NCBI RefSeq assembly: GCF_964355755.1
Contig: NC_092674.1
Coordinates: forward strand, 23,188,001 to 23,252,000
Direction of reading: 5' to 3'
Length of the DNA stretch: 64,000 nt
From: Antedon mediterranea
Lineage: Eukaryota > Animalia > Echinodermata
Shown here piece by piece: positions 46,101 through 61,100 of this stretch (position 1 is the stretch's first letter; every line of letters begins with the position of its first letter). The position numbers were made by a program, and so were the translations under genes. Under the pieces are notes generated by a model. That model had not been told where the DNA came from, made no database searches, and worked only from the letters and a program-made list of their open reading frames with translations.

Positions 46101-49100
46101 GAGTTCTACATTTTCTCTATTGAGGGTATAACCATGCTTATAAAAAAGTATAAATTCCATTCATATCTATCATGTAGCCAAGAATTACAAATAGAATGTT
46201 AATCACTGTCCTGTCAGAACAGTAATCCCAATGAACAGGGGCTATTTTGTGTAACCCCCCCCCCTCCCCTACTCGTCTCCAATGAACTGGATTCACATGT
46301 GTGCACATGGACAAACTGTGTACACTTTACCTACAGTTTATTGTCCTTATCCGAGAAGACTTGGTCTGTCACTAGAACAGAGTCGACCACAAAACCCATG
46401 CCGATATTGTTGGCTCTTTAGGTACGGTAATTGGCGGCCTTACCTTAACCGCTTGGCCATTTGACTATTTATATGTCTTAAAATACATTCTTAAAAATGT
46501 ATATTTCAGAAATGCATCTTCAATAACTTTATCAAAGCTACGAGAGTTGAGTTCAAATTTGAGTAAGAGTGATGCTCCCAATGTCATTAAGAATGAGAAG
46601 TCTGCCTCACTCGAATTACTACTTAAATTCCAAAGACTTCTGGTTAGTTTTCTCTTCCCAAATGAACAAGAACAGAGAGCAAGTCGACATATAGTTGGTG
46701 AGTATAATGTTAGCCTCTAAAGCTATTTTTCCTGTCGACTTTATTCGACACTATCGCCGTTGATCGTTAACAGTTTAACGATGATCGTTTGAAAATGATC
46801 AAGTTAAAATGATAATGTTAGCGAGTATCTTTTCCTGTAAATCGTTAACATTTTGATGTTTACGTAGAAGATCGCCAATTGTTAACGATAACGTCGACAT
46901 GAAAACATTAGACATTATTATTATTTATGTTAATAAATACATTTAATCAGTACAATAGGATACCTACAAAATAGCAATTATGTTAATTTTTGTGAACTCT
47001 GTCTCTGGCTGGTTGTGTTTGTTGTTTGTTTTGCTGGTTTTCCTTGTTCATGTGTTGTTTTTTATGTATCAATTTTAGGTAAAATAAGTATAATGAAACA
47101 TTTCTTTATCTTTTTCAGATCCAGAATTGCTAGGTGCAGGCTCACTTCTTCGCAAGTACATTGCTTTGCTGTGTTCGCATATTAACGACATTATGCCAGT
47201 TGCTTCCAGCCTAGCGGGCCAAAGCTGTAAACATTTTGCAATAGTTGCTGGCATTGTAGAATCAGATTTATCTGGTAAGTGCGAATGATTAAAGTGACCC
47301 TCCGAGTTACTGAGATAAATATCTTATTTCAAAGATAATTTAGTTTATAATTTATATTTTACCTTGAAAATCTGTCATTCCAAGATATCAGTAACTTGGG
47401 TGGTTACTTTAAGCTTCCTTGAATGTGTTCCAATTTTAGTGTGTTCACTATTCAAAATGTTGCTATGAAACTATATTTTGGAATGTATACACCATGCTTG
47501 ATAGAATGTTTGTCCAGAATAAAACTTCATGTTCATATGAATACAGAATCTCAGTTCGCCTGCTTCTCTCCCATCATGATGTGTAAAATCTCTAACAATA
47601 CATCAAGTTAAGAATAGTCAGCCTAACATAGAGAATGTATGTCTTTTATGTCTTTGGCAACTTTTAAATCTTCACTATAGAAAACATATATGTATTAACC
47701 ATCACAATTGTAAATAGTTTTATATCTCTTTTCTTTCTTTTTGTTTTTCTTTTATATTTTATTTTCTTTATAAATATGTTTACTGAACCACTTTGGAAAT
47801 CAGTACATTTGTATTGAAAATGTATTTCAGTTTAAAGAAAGAACAAATAAAAATATCACAGATTTCCTTTATTAATAGACTTTAATGCAGTAGCAGCTAA
47901 TTAGCAGTATAGTTATTTTTATGTTTATTTTGTGTTTTTAGGAGTGCTGTTGCCTGAGCTAGTAAGCTGTGTACTACTATTGGAGATACACACCTCTTTA
48001 GTGATGCATTACTCTGAAGCAGTTCCCCTACTGGGAAACATGCTGGATACACTGGACAAGTTCAATCTCTTAGCCCCTGGTGTCAACAAAGAAGATAAAA
48101 ATGACTTGGATTGGCCTGGAGTACCAGGTTAGTAAACAAATTCAATGTTTATTGTTGGCCAATCCTTTGACTAAACAACTACAGTCAACCCTTCCAATAA
48201 CAGACACTTGTTGCTTGTTCTAATATGTCTTGCAAGAATTTGTGTTATATTGAGAAAAAAAATTGGGATCCTTGGTACCTCAAGAAAAGTCTTGTTTTAA
48301 GGATTTTGTGGTTTTCAGAGATTATGGTATTTGGAGAGTTTACTGTATATAAATAAGGAGATTACGATTACTACATATACATATATTGATCTTCGCATAA
48401 AATCAAGTGAAAGTACATCCCTAAAGCTACTTATAGCTAAAGAAGTTATCTTATTTTTTTAGTGAATTCAGCAGGAACTTCAAACAATACTCCATACAAC
48501 ATGGAAGAAGTACAATTGATCAGAAAAGCTGACTTGGAGAACCACAACAAAGATGGTGGCTTGTGGGTTGTGATACACGGCAAAGTCTATGATCTCAAAG
48601 ACTTCCAAACAGATGCACCATGTGGAAGTGAATGCTTACTACAGTTGGCAGGTATGGTTCTGTATTTGGTAACATCTACCTTTTATTTATGAAACAAAAA
48701 AGATGACACTAACCAAGACTCATGCTTTCTGTCATCAGTCATGTTACACAAATCTGGACCATCTCCACTTATTGTAGCAGTGTATAAGGGCTATTGGACT
48801 CCTTACCAATACTTGATATTGTTCTCTGTTCCTGATTATGTAAATATGTATTATTTTTGCAGCTCAAGATGCAACTGATGCTTTTATGGCTGCCAATCAT
48901 TCAGCAGAAGCTCAGAACCAGCTGCAGAGATTCCTTGTTGGAGTTTATCTTCAAGTAAGTTACAACCTTTGTGCCAAATAAGACAATGTCTAGCCCAAAT
49001 GGTTTTGCATCATCATCATGATCTGTTGGTTATCCTGTCGCAACTGCAAAGCACTCAACTTTCCAATCTCATTTTTTTGTTATTTGCATATGTATGCAAA

Positions 49101-52100
49101 TAAGGTAAGGTTTCATGAGCTTTGACCCCTGCAAGGTTCTGGTTTCCTAATACTTGCACATATGCTTCTTTATTCTTTATTTCAGACTAGCAATCAAAAT
49201 AGAGAATCAAATAAAAGTATAAAGATGGATAGAAATAAACCAAAAAACAAATTCTACATTAGGTCTTGCACAGCCAACATCCCATCAGAAAATGAAAATC
49301 AATAAAGAATTCCATTTATCTGTTTTTCAGCCTGAGCAAGATGTGGTAGCCAGCAAGGATATTAGTTCTATATCATCACCACTGATAGACACAGAACGTA
49401 CTCTAGCTATTCTACTAGGACTTCATTGCAACCACCAGATGCACAGCTTTCCTCTGACACCTAACGAACTTGAATGTCAGAAATGGCTTAATGCAGAGCT
49501 CTTTAGTGGTGGCATCCAATTGATTCCTCCACCACCCAGCTCTATGCCAGACGACGATGATTCCTCCCAAGCTTCTGGCAGACAGTCTGGTGATAGCACG
49601 TTGGAATCTAACGATAAAAGCTTTGCTCGTTCAGCATCTTTAGCAGACACTGCAAGACCATTTATCCAAGCGTTGGCAGACTCCAGATTGAATGACCCTT
49701 ATGTGAGGTCTTTCTTAGCATGCTGTGATCGTTACTGTAAAAGCCACCATTTAGTCCCTCCTATCACATTTCCTGTTGATCACCCTGTGGAGGAGGTCGG
49801 CCGATTACTGATGGCATGTATCTTAAAGCATCATGACCTTGGACATGCATCGTTAGCCATTATTGACCCACATCAGACTGAAGGCTCTCTTTCCAGACCG
49901 CTTCCAAAATCAATTTCAGAAATATGTAAAGTTGTGTACAATGCTAAGAAATCACTAATAAAGGTATTTTGTTGTATTTAAGTATAAGTACTAATAATAT
50001 GTTAATTGTTGCAGTTAATCATTTTCTATTTGCTATTGAATACCTTTTTGTTCCATCGTATCTTCACCTATATTAAATAACCATGTCAGCAACTATCTTC
50101 TTAAGACATTCTCACCAAATCTTATGGACAAAGGTCTTTTATGTTCTCTGCTGCTTCTCTTTGGAATTCTCTCCCTCGTCATTTTACTAAATTAACTTCT
50201 ATTGCTATTTTTTTTAAAGAACTTAAAACGCATATTTTTAACATCCAATATAAGCGCCTTTGATTTTTACTTCGGTTTAGTGGATTTTGGCGCTATACAA
50301 ATACCTAAATTATTATTATTATTATTATTATATTTGTAGTAGACTTACTATTTAATTTAAATGAGAAATCTGCCTGTACCATAGAATTGCTCACTTTAAA
50401 GCAACTAGTGTATTTATCTCTTTGACCATTAACTTACCACATTATGATAACAAAAAATCTTAAGTAAAGTAATTTGACAATCACAGATTCATCAAGACAG
50501 TGGACAATCATATGAAGATGTGTGTTCTCCTGTGATTGGCCGCTGCAAGTTCCTGTTCACTGAGCTGCGACCAGCTGTTGGCAATGAGGTTTCCGCTCTT
50601 ACCAGATTAAAAATCTTGATCACTGCTCCAAGATGGAAGAGGATTGTAACAAGAATGATACGAGAAAAAAGATCCACAACTTCAGCAACATCAGCAGATG
50701 GTAATACATGTTAATATTAAAAAAAAAAAAATGTTGTGGCTTCTGTCACATTAAACGCCATGAATAAACACCAGAGAAACACCCAAGTGTCTCTGGAGTA
50801 CCATTCCTGGAAAAAAAGAGCTTAAATACTGCCAGTACTGTCGCTATTGATAATAAATATATTTCAATAAATAAATGTTTGGCCAAGGGTGACCTTAATT
50901 CTTAACCATAAACAACACTGATGTTTACAGTTTGTACTTTTCACATTGTGTCTCCGATGTGTCTTTGATGTGCTTCCAGAGTTTTAAGAGCTGAGGGCAT
51001 TCAGGTGTTCAACCTGGTGTTTTGAACTCTGGAGTTCTTTTAATTCCCACTGAAGCACCCGTGTTGATGACTGTGTGCAACTCTGGAGTTTTTCTAAACG
51101 ATGTTTATTTTAATAAAATTGACCACATTTTAAAGATATTGAAAGAATGATATGATTTGCTTTAGGTTCTAAAAAGAAAGATTCAGAAGAAGATAAGCAG
51201 AAGGAAGAAGAACCAGTTGATTCTGCAGCTGAACTTGAAGGAGAGTTTAAAGTGTTTGCCAAGAAGGCCCAATCACAGCCATTATTAACCAATGATCAGG
51301 ATTCCTGGAAGTCAATCGCTAGTACTATCACCAGTGCTAGAAAGTTCCGTTGGTTACGGCAACGAATGACAGGCGCCAGCACGCAGCCTGCCCTCATTAA
51401 CAAAATCGTTGAATTTGCACTTAATGATGATAACATTGAAATTGAAAAATTTAGAAAAGCTTTGCAAAATCAGGTATGATACAATAACAATTGATTTAAC
51501 CCCGTTTTAAACTGTTACGGGGCCTAAGTATCTGATTTGTTAATTTTCTTTGTCTTTTGTATTTTATAACTATAATTGCCGACTAAAAGAAAGAAAAACA
51601 TTAATCCTTTTTGCTGGCATGTTTACTGATAGTAAGTTTGAGACATTTTTCACCCAATGTCTACTGACACTTCTATCTTTTTTTGCAACTTATCAGGTCA
51701 AATTGTGTTGAAAAATGTCTCAATATTTTGGTTATGCTTCAACTGTTATGTGGTGTTTATGAGTAAAGTAAAGACTGTATTTGCTTAGCATTGTTGCATG
51801 GTGTACCAAAAACCTTACTTTACTAAATAATAATAAACTTACTCTTGTAAAAAACATTTCTTTTCCAACAAGTATTTTTTTGTATTATTAAATGATTGCT
51901 AAGATCAAATTTAATCACTTTCCAAATAGTGAAATCTCTTTCACAAGACAACGCATTTTCAATGAAAATTTACATAAACAATAGAGAGTTATCATATTAA
52001 GTATTCCATGTTGATTTACATCTTTTTGTTTATTCATTAGATGGAAAGAGCTGACCACAGATTGAAAGGTGCTGAAGCCATGCTGAGGCTGCTAGACAAG

Positions 52101-55100
52101 GAATACCTTGTACCTTCTGTCCGTTATGCTATGTTATGTGGCTGGCAAGGACTTGTGGCCATGGATAAAATTAGGTAAGCTATCATGAATTTGTTGAGAG
52201 TGCTATTGTGGCGAGGCTTTCAGACATCAGTGTTTGAATTTGATGTGAATTAAAATACAAGTGAGACAAGTACAGAAACCAAGAAAGCAAGGCCTGATTA
52301 CAATTAACGACAAGTGCTAAAAATGAACCAGAACACCGGGGTAAACCCTTACTAACCCGATTCTTTTTAAAGTGCATACCAGTGAGAAGTGTACACAGTT
52401 TTATGTTTTTTCTGAAAAGATTTTTTCTACCAACAGAACTATGTGTTTTCTGAACAGTACTGTTGTGCTATCCACTCCTTTGTACACATTATTTTCCACC
52501 TTCAGATCCAAAGCACTAAATTACACCTAATAAAACAGTGTGTGGTGAATAGTAAAATGTTGAGTTAGCATTCAGCATCTTTGATCATTTGTTAATTAAA
52601 AGAATGTAGAAAGATGATTGCTTCTCTCATCTGTAAATCTAAATTAAATTTCACAATGTTGAATTTCCTTATTTATTTTTTTCAGCTGCACATCACCGAT
52701 GTCAAATCCATTGACCAATGTACATTTAATCCCTCCTTATGACCGAGTCATCTTGGAATCAACTTTTTCAAAGCTGAATGCTTGGAGTATAGACACTCTA
52801 CGCAAGCATGTCCTAGAAGCTGAAGCTCAGTTGGAAGCGGCCTCAGAAACGACCTCTAATGACTCTAGGTCTCTAGGATCACTGCCACAAGTCAGATTCC
52901 TGCTGACATCTCTTGGACTCCTTACTGGTGATCACCTTCCAAATGGTGTCAGTCTCTTGCTGAATTCTGGTGTACTTGCTCTTACACAAACTATACTCCG
53001 CCTAATTGGTTAGTACAAAACAAAGTCAGTTTGCTCTCAATACTCCAGCTGCCCATGGCTGGCAGAGCCATGTCAGATAGATAATAACGACAATGCATTC
53101 TAAAATGATAATAAGTAATGATTTTTAAATAAAATTTGATGACAAAAATATTACTTTTTACTGGTAATGTTTAGCATAAATTGAGAAAACCACTTTTAGA
53201 CAGATAGACAACCAGACAGACAGGCAAATAAGCAATAACAATTTGTAGCACTATGATTATAACTAACATGTAAAACTGCATACCTATGTCTACACTATCA
53301 AACTAGTTTGACATAGTGATATGACATCATCATGTCCATATATGGGCACATCACATTGGTTTGTCACATAAAGTTTAATTAATTGATGATGTGTTAACAG
53401 GTCCTGAAGAAAAAGATGAAGAAGAGGGTGTAGCAGGTGTAGCAACAGTTTATGAAGAAACCAGAACATGTGCTCAACCAGCTCCTATACCAACAAGTGG
53501 TCCAGAACTTGCATCTCTCATGAAAATTGGTACACGGGTCATCAGAGGTCAAGATTGGAAATGGGGAGATCAGGTATTACTTTTTTAATCGTTAGACTAG
53601 GCCATTAAAAAAGTCAGTGATCCAACTTGAGACTTCAGTTCTAGGTGGCGCGCACAACAAGTTGATTTCCGTATGCACTCAATCAACATCGTCACATGAT
53701 GAAAATGCTTAAAAGGTTTGAACATTAGAGCATGTTAATTATCACAATTAGATATTACGTTATGCGTAATTAACCAATCAAATTGCAAGAATACAATCAG
53801 GTGTGTCATAAAGTAATATGTGATTAAAGAGAAAAAAGTATCTAGTTAATATTTGCTTTTAAGATCCTTGACTATCTTTATACATGCCATTTTTTTAGCA
53901 AACTTATTCATCTTCTGCCATCATTATTTTAATTTCAAAGGATGGCCCACCACCCAGCCAGGGTAGAGTAATTGGAGAGTTAGGTGAAGATGGATGGATT
54001 CGTGTCCAGTGGGACACAGGTAGTACCAATTCCTATAGGATGGGAAAAGAAGGAAAGTATGATCTGAAGTTGGCTGAGCCACCACTTATACTAGAAAACA
54101 TGGAAGAAGATAAGGAAGTGGACATAGATCCAGGTATTTTACACTTACTTTAAATTTAGAAACTTTTGCGACATTAAACTTTTGCACACCGGTTACAGCG
54201 GCCATTTCCGCGACATAAATTTTCGGGAATTTGTAAAAATAAAGATTGCGTCAATCCAGCATAGGCGTGATCTTCATGTTGCAATGCATGTACGCTTTAC
54301 TATAGTAATGCATTGTAGTAACAAGATCACGTCAACCATCTTATGCACGACCTTCATGTTATTATTCACTGCATGAAACCATTGCAAATTCAAGAAATTT
54401 GTTAAATTTTAATGCACACGTACAGTATATATCATCATTGTGTCACCTTTAGCTTGGTACCAGTACTCTGAATGGGTGTTTTTGACCTCTCTGTGACCTG
54501 AATGTGTGAATTGTAAAGATAGCCAAGAATTTCTGTTTCAAAGAAATAGAAACATTTGTTTAGTGGAAAATTGCCATTTACACATTTGTGTCCAAGCATG
54601 AATTACATGATTATTGACCCAAGGTTCTGGAGATATGCTACTACATTTGTTACAGGAAATGATGCAAGAAAGCTGACCATTTATTACTTAGAATTATAGG
54701 CATTAAAACAATAAAGATATAAAAAATAAGAAAATTTCATTAGAACTCAAGCAGTGACATTTTCAGATAATAAATTATAATGTTTGGTTTCTTAAAGGTG
54801 CAAAGCAAAAAGATGAGAGCAATCACCCATCATCCCTACTACGTAGATCTTGCATTTGTCTACTCCGTACTCTTGCTGTGTCGTGCGGACTGCACGGTGA
54901 AGCAATGCAGAAGAACGCCATCAACACTATGAGTGGATTGATGCGTAGGATTGTGCAGACTGGTACTAAGTTAAACAAAAGTGAGTGCTGGGTATTTTAT
55001 TTATAACTTTAAATGTAATAAATGACAGTAGGAGTGGAGAGATGTTGTAACCATAGCCATATATTGAAAGAGTTACGACATTCTTTTCACAGATTTTAAA

Positions 55101-58100
55101 AAATCATGTGGTACATTACCGGCCATCTTTGTGTCCAACTATTCCTATGTAGAGTTTATACAAATGTATAACGTTCACCAGGATTTAACCATTAAATTTA
55201 ATATCAAATAATTAATCAATTTAATAACAGTCCAAGGTTTTTGTTAATAACAAAATTATTGAGTTACTGTGAACAGGATTTGAAACAACAAAATGTAAAA
55301 ACAATACATTAACTAATAGAGAATCGCTATACAAACTAAACGTGTGGAGCGCGCAATATTTTGAACACAAAAATGACTTCAAATCAATTCAATGTCGGAA
55401 CTCAGAATAAAAAAAAATTATTTACCTTTTACTCAGGAGATAATATCAGGAGATTACCAAAACAGAAACCCCATCCCAAACAAAAAATGTATCCCCATAT
55501 GGTGGATAACAATAGCCTTGTTCTTAAATTTTACAATCACAGGTACTGGAAGCAGTAGTGAATTGATTGTAGGACATCAGTACAGTGAATGGTCAACATT
55601 AGGCTTTGTCTGTGGCATTTCCACAAATCAAAGACTCTGCCACTCTTTGAGTACTACCCAGTGGGTGTCTCTATTGCTAAACATTATTGGAAGTGATGAA
55701 ATTAGCGGTGAAACACTTCCACCACAGGTTAGTACATCTTACTATATTCATATCACCCTTGAGAAAAAGCTAACACTAGAGTCTATGTATGCCCTAGAGA
55801 CAGAGTTCACCCTGGAGACTAAGCTCAGCATTGGAAATCAGTAACTAAGCTCACACTTAGACAAAGCCTGGAGTCTAAGTACACCCTAGAGTCTAAGTAC
55901 ACCCTAGAGTCTAAGTACACCCTAGAGTCTAAGTACACCCTAGAGTCTAAGTACACCCTAGAGACTAAGTTAACCCTAGAATCTAAGTACACCCTAGAGA
56001 CTAAGTACACCCTAGAGACTAAGTTAACCCTAGAGTCTAAGTACACCCTAGAGACTAAGTACACCCTAGAGTCTAAGTACACCCTAGAGTCTAAGTACAC
56101 CCTAGAGTCTAAGTACACCCTAGAGACTAAGTACACCCTAGAGTCTAAGTACACCCTAGAGTCTAAGTACACCCTAGAGTCTAAGTACACCCTAGAGTCT
56201 AAGTACACCCTAGAGACTAAGTTAACCCAAGAGTCTAAGTACACCCTAGAGTCTAAGTACACCCTAGAGACTAAGTTACCCTTGGGATTATAACTTCACT
56301 GTAAATTTTTTACCAATTTTGTATTGGTATAGACAAGCCCAATGCATTTTGGTCCATGGTCCTAATTTATATATATGTGATACATTCTCTTTGATACCAA
56401 TCTTTTAAATATCTTTGTCAATAGATTATGTCATTACGTTTGTTACGATGGGTACTTCCATCATGGAAGGACTGTGAGGAGCCTGAGAGAGTACAGGAGC
56501 TGGTTGAGTTACTCTTCTCATTACTAGGCAATGTTCTCTTATCTTGTTGCTCTGACCCATCTTCTGTAAATGGAGGTTAGTAGTATCTTACGTTTAACCT
56601 TAACTAAAGAATATATAATTGAAAAATAAAAAACTTTTTCTGTAACAATAATGGATAATTGGATTGAGTATGCACATCAGGATGTATATGATAGCAATAG
56701 TGTATAGATTTTTTTTGCATGTATCTTCTCCTAAACCATAAGGTTGATACTCTGCTGGAACACCTAATTCTAATCTAATTATTCTGATTTGTGTAGGCTT
56801 TATAACAATGAATTTTCATGAATAGAGATGTGTTTTTAGATCAATTTCTTCAAATCGCCTAGTGCTTCAACAAGTGTGTTAGGACAGCAATTCACGTCGC
56901 ACATTCAGTTCCCATACATGTCATCTGTAGGATTTACCTGATTGTTTCACCAGATGTTTATAAACTCTACTATTAAAATAATTATTTTAATTTTATTTCT
57001 ATTTAGATTTAAGAAAAGGAAAGAAAGTTCGTAACAAGACATCGTTGACGGCCTCTTTCACCAGTACCATCACTGAAGAGATCATTGTGTTGTTACGTAG
57101 TCTGCATAATCTGGACACTTGGAACCCTCTCATTAACTCATATATTTATCACCAACTTCAGCTTGTTAGAGATCTGGTTATTGACACATCCCTGGTAAAT
57201 AATAATTAGTTTCTATCAATGGTAAAAGAATACAATAACAAAAATTGGTAATATATGATAACCAAGTTTCAAGTTCAATAAACTTTTATTTTAATTTTTT
57301 TCATTAAAAACAATATTATATCAATAAACAATGATGAACTATGTATGCAAGACCATTTTATGGATTAAAATTCGAACCTAAACAATACAACAACAATGAA
57401 ACAATACAACAACAATGAAACAATACAACAACAATGAAACAATACAACAACAATGAAACAATACAACAACAATGAAACAATACAACAACAATGAAACAAT
57501 ACAACAACAATGAAACAATACAACAACAATGAAACAATACAACAACAATGAAACAATACAACAACAATGAAACAATACAACAACAATGAAACAATACAAC
57601 AACAATGAAACAATACAACAACAATGAAACAATACAACAACAATGAAACAATACAACAACAATGAAACAATACAACAACAATGAAACAATACAACAATTA
57701 ATAGAGGATCTTGCAAGAAGAGATTTCTTGTCAAGCAAGATAATTTTTTATTTAATAATTCTTTAGTTATCTCTTTTGTCACTCGTATGTTTCAGCTTTT
57801 ATACTCATCTAGACTTTTCCTACTAAGAACCTAATCACAATTCATAAATGTTGTTCCTTTTTCTGATTAGATGGAAGAGGATGAGGCGCAGACTAAAATC
57901 AAACAGGGCCGTGTGATGGCCGTACTCTGTGTGATTGGAGGAATGGATAAACGGCCTCGTCTTGGTGGTATGGTGCGACATGCGGAACATGGTCAAGGAA
58001 CAGTTGCCGGAATCTCAGCCAATGGAAGACTGACCATTCAGTTCGATGGTCAGCATGTTTTGAAAGTTTGCAGACTGTCATCCATTACACCGGTCAGTGC

Positions 58101-61100
58101 ATAAGTTTTTTTCAAATTTTATTCCAAAGACAATTAGCAATAAAATTATGCTGTTGAGTTGATTTTAAACAGTATTTTGGTGCATTATTATATTGTGTGC
58201 ATTTTATCTTGAATTAAGTTTAATATATGACAAGTTTGTATGCAGTTCATTGAAAACCAGTATAAATTTAACTTACGTTTCAAGACAATTAATATTAAGT
58301 TTATACTGGTTTACAATTAATGAACTACATATCAATATACTAATCAAATCAGGAAAATGTTTTCACTATTAAGTTTAATATTCTTTAAATATGACATACA
58401 ATTTAAAGATAGTTGTTATTGATTTTTTTTAGATTCCTGTAATGGTGTTCAATGTGGATAAATTGCCACTAGTAGACGTTGCCCTTCAGACATGGGGAAC
58501 TCTGATCAGTCTTGCTAGTCATGGATTCAAGATTAACAGAACCATACAGAAAACCCGCTTCACAAGTAACAGCTTGCCAATAGTACAAGGTAATAGACAA
58601 CATGAGGTCAATATCTAATACAGATGTTGCCTGCTCAGAGGTGTAATATAACATTTGATATCCATTGAGAGAAACAATAATTTGACATAATATGGTCCTG
58701 AGAAATAATGTTATATAAGCTAATAGAAAAGACAAAATCTGTTATACATACCAAAAAAAGTAGGCCAAGACTAGTAGACTGACCCTGTACAGTGAACGTG
58801 CTAGTAGTGCTCAAAAGCTCTGTCTAAACTTCTTGATAAAAGAAGTGTGATGTGCCCAAATATGGTAGTGATATGACATCATCATATCCATATATGGGCG
58901 CATCACATTTTATGTTACATACAGTTTGATAGTGTAGAGCTTTTCTCCTACCAGCATGCTTTGATTCATAAAATATTCCCAAAATACAATCTTTACACTT
59001 TCGTAACAAAGGAATTCAGACAAAATTGTGTACACCAATGGTCCCCTTGTTCTTCTTCTTCTTCTTCCATTTAGGAGCAAACTTCATTGTTGAATGCTAT
59101 TGCTCGACTGGCTCTAGCTTGTGCAATTTTTATGCATACAGTGTGTGGCATATTTATAGTTAAATAATCTTAGTTTTTAGTGAATTATTCTGTCAAATTA
59201 GTCTTCATCGATATTATGATAAGCCTGTTTCTTGGTGTTTCTAAACAACACTTTCAATTTGTTTAAATTTTCAGACAAAGTCTTTATGAAACAATTGAGA
59301 ACCCAACAAATTAGGCTGTTCCTGTTTCAAGCAGCCCGTAAGTTGTTCAGGCACCAACAGAACTTAAGGCCTTTGTTGTCTGTCGCAACATCTGGGCTAT
59401 CAGCTTCTAGCCTTGGTAGCCACGCTGAGTTACCATCATCTGCCAATACTCTACTTCAGCAGTTAATGACCACAGCCACTCAACCTTCACCGATTAAAGC
59501 ACTGTTTGATAGGCAGGAACTTGAGGTAAGTTACCCTTTTTTTGTTGATGTTTTTACAGTTTATTTCTGAGCAGTGAGCTGCTTTAACTGAAGATTGTTT
59601 TGTTATAATAATAATAATTTACATTACATTATTATCATGTCCATATATGGGCATTTGTTTGTCAAATAAAGTTGATTGTCTATAGACCTTAATAAAAATA
59701 TTTGTAACAAAAAATTAGAAAAAAAAGTTCATGAAATATCTTAAATAAAAAAAACATGAAGATGACCCAGCGGAACAATTTTCACTGCTCAGTTCACTTT
59801 AAAGGTCCCAGAGCTTGCTCCAACAGGAAATTGAGTGAAAGAAGCATTTATGCCACAAACGGATTCAATGTTAACCAAGAGTATCAAAATAATTTGTGAG
59901 ATATTGCTTAAGACTCAATTATTAATAATGATGGAATTACGAATTAATAATGAAATATTTGTTTTTTAAGTCTGCTGCACTTGCTGTCTGCCAACACTTA
60001 GTAGCAGAAGCACGCTATCCTTCATCTCAAATGGCAACATCTCCAGAGAACAGATCACCTTCCACTCCATCACCAGCTTCTACCGCTCCCACAGTGAAAC
60101 CAGTTGGTGAGAAGACCACTACCAACAAACCTAAGAAGTCCAAACCAGCTCCACCACCTCCATCGCTTCTGGTTGTACAGGTCATGGAAATGGGTTTCCC
60201 AAGAGCTAATGTAGAGTTTGCAGTTCAGTCACTTGGTAAGTATTAGACGTGTTCTTCCTTTTCAATACCTCCAAACCTTTTGCTGATCACGTTCGGAAAT
60301 TGCTCAGACTTCATTTCTACAGTTGGAGCACTGCCTTTTTCGGCCTAGCATTCGTCAATGATTTTTAATAAAAGTAGGTGTCTTAAAAAACAAATAATTA
60401 ATATTTTGTATTTAATTTGGATTAAAAGATGTCATTGGATGACAATTTGGCTACAAATTATCTCTTTAATTTTCAGGTGTGTTATCGGAAAACAGTCCAA
60501 GTGTCCAAGCCATTGTAAACTGGCTAGTGGATCACCCTGACTTACAGATACCTGAGATTATTGAGGTGGAAGAAGATGAGGATAATGAGGAGGAGGAAGA
60601 AGAAGAATCAATAAGTGATGATCATTATGAAACTGAAAATGATGAAGATGACGACATCAATGAAAAATGCATATTTAATTTGGTAAGAGTCATAGTGAAA
60701 TATTAGGGAGCTTTCAATTACCGAGCACCAATGCCCAACTATGTCATGTTACTTCATTGTGCGCATGCATATATAGTGGATGTGTGTCTTTGCTCCTCAC
60801 CACAAGTTTGATAGTATCTAGAATAAGGTGACACCCAACGACATATTAATTGATTTGACCTAGCTTGGCTGTCGGTCCTTCCTATTGATAGATACAAGAA
60901 TCTTGTATATAAATCAAGGGACTGTGTAAAGATATGTTCGTTTTTATATTAGTCTGACTTTGCTCAATTGTTGTTGATAGTTATGGTTGAAATTTTTAGC
61001 TTATGGTGTTATAATTTTTGCTTTGTCATGCCTCTATGCACTTCACATTACCCCAGTCATTTTGCATCAAACACGTCTGGAAAAATACTCATAATGCAGC

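Noticed and set aside
55825-57782. Minus-strand ORFs with repetitive translations (SRVYLD)n and ([18 protein letters not shown])n, plus 62128-62586
   Set aside because: They are by-products of tandem repeats that lack stop codons, antisense within HERC2 introns.
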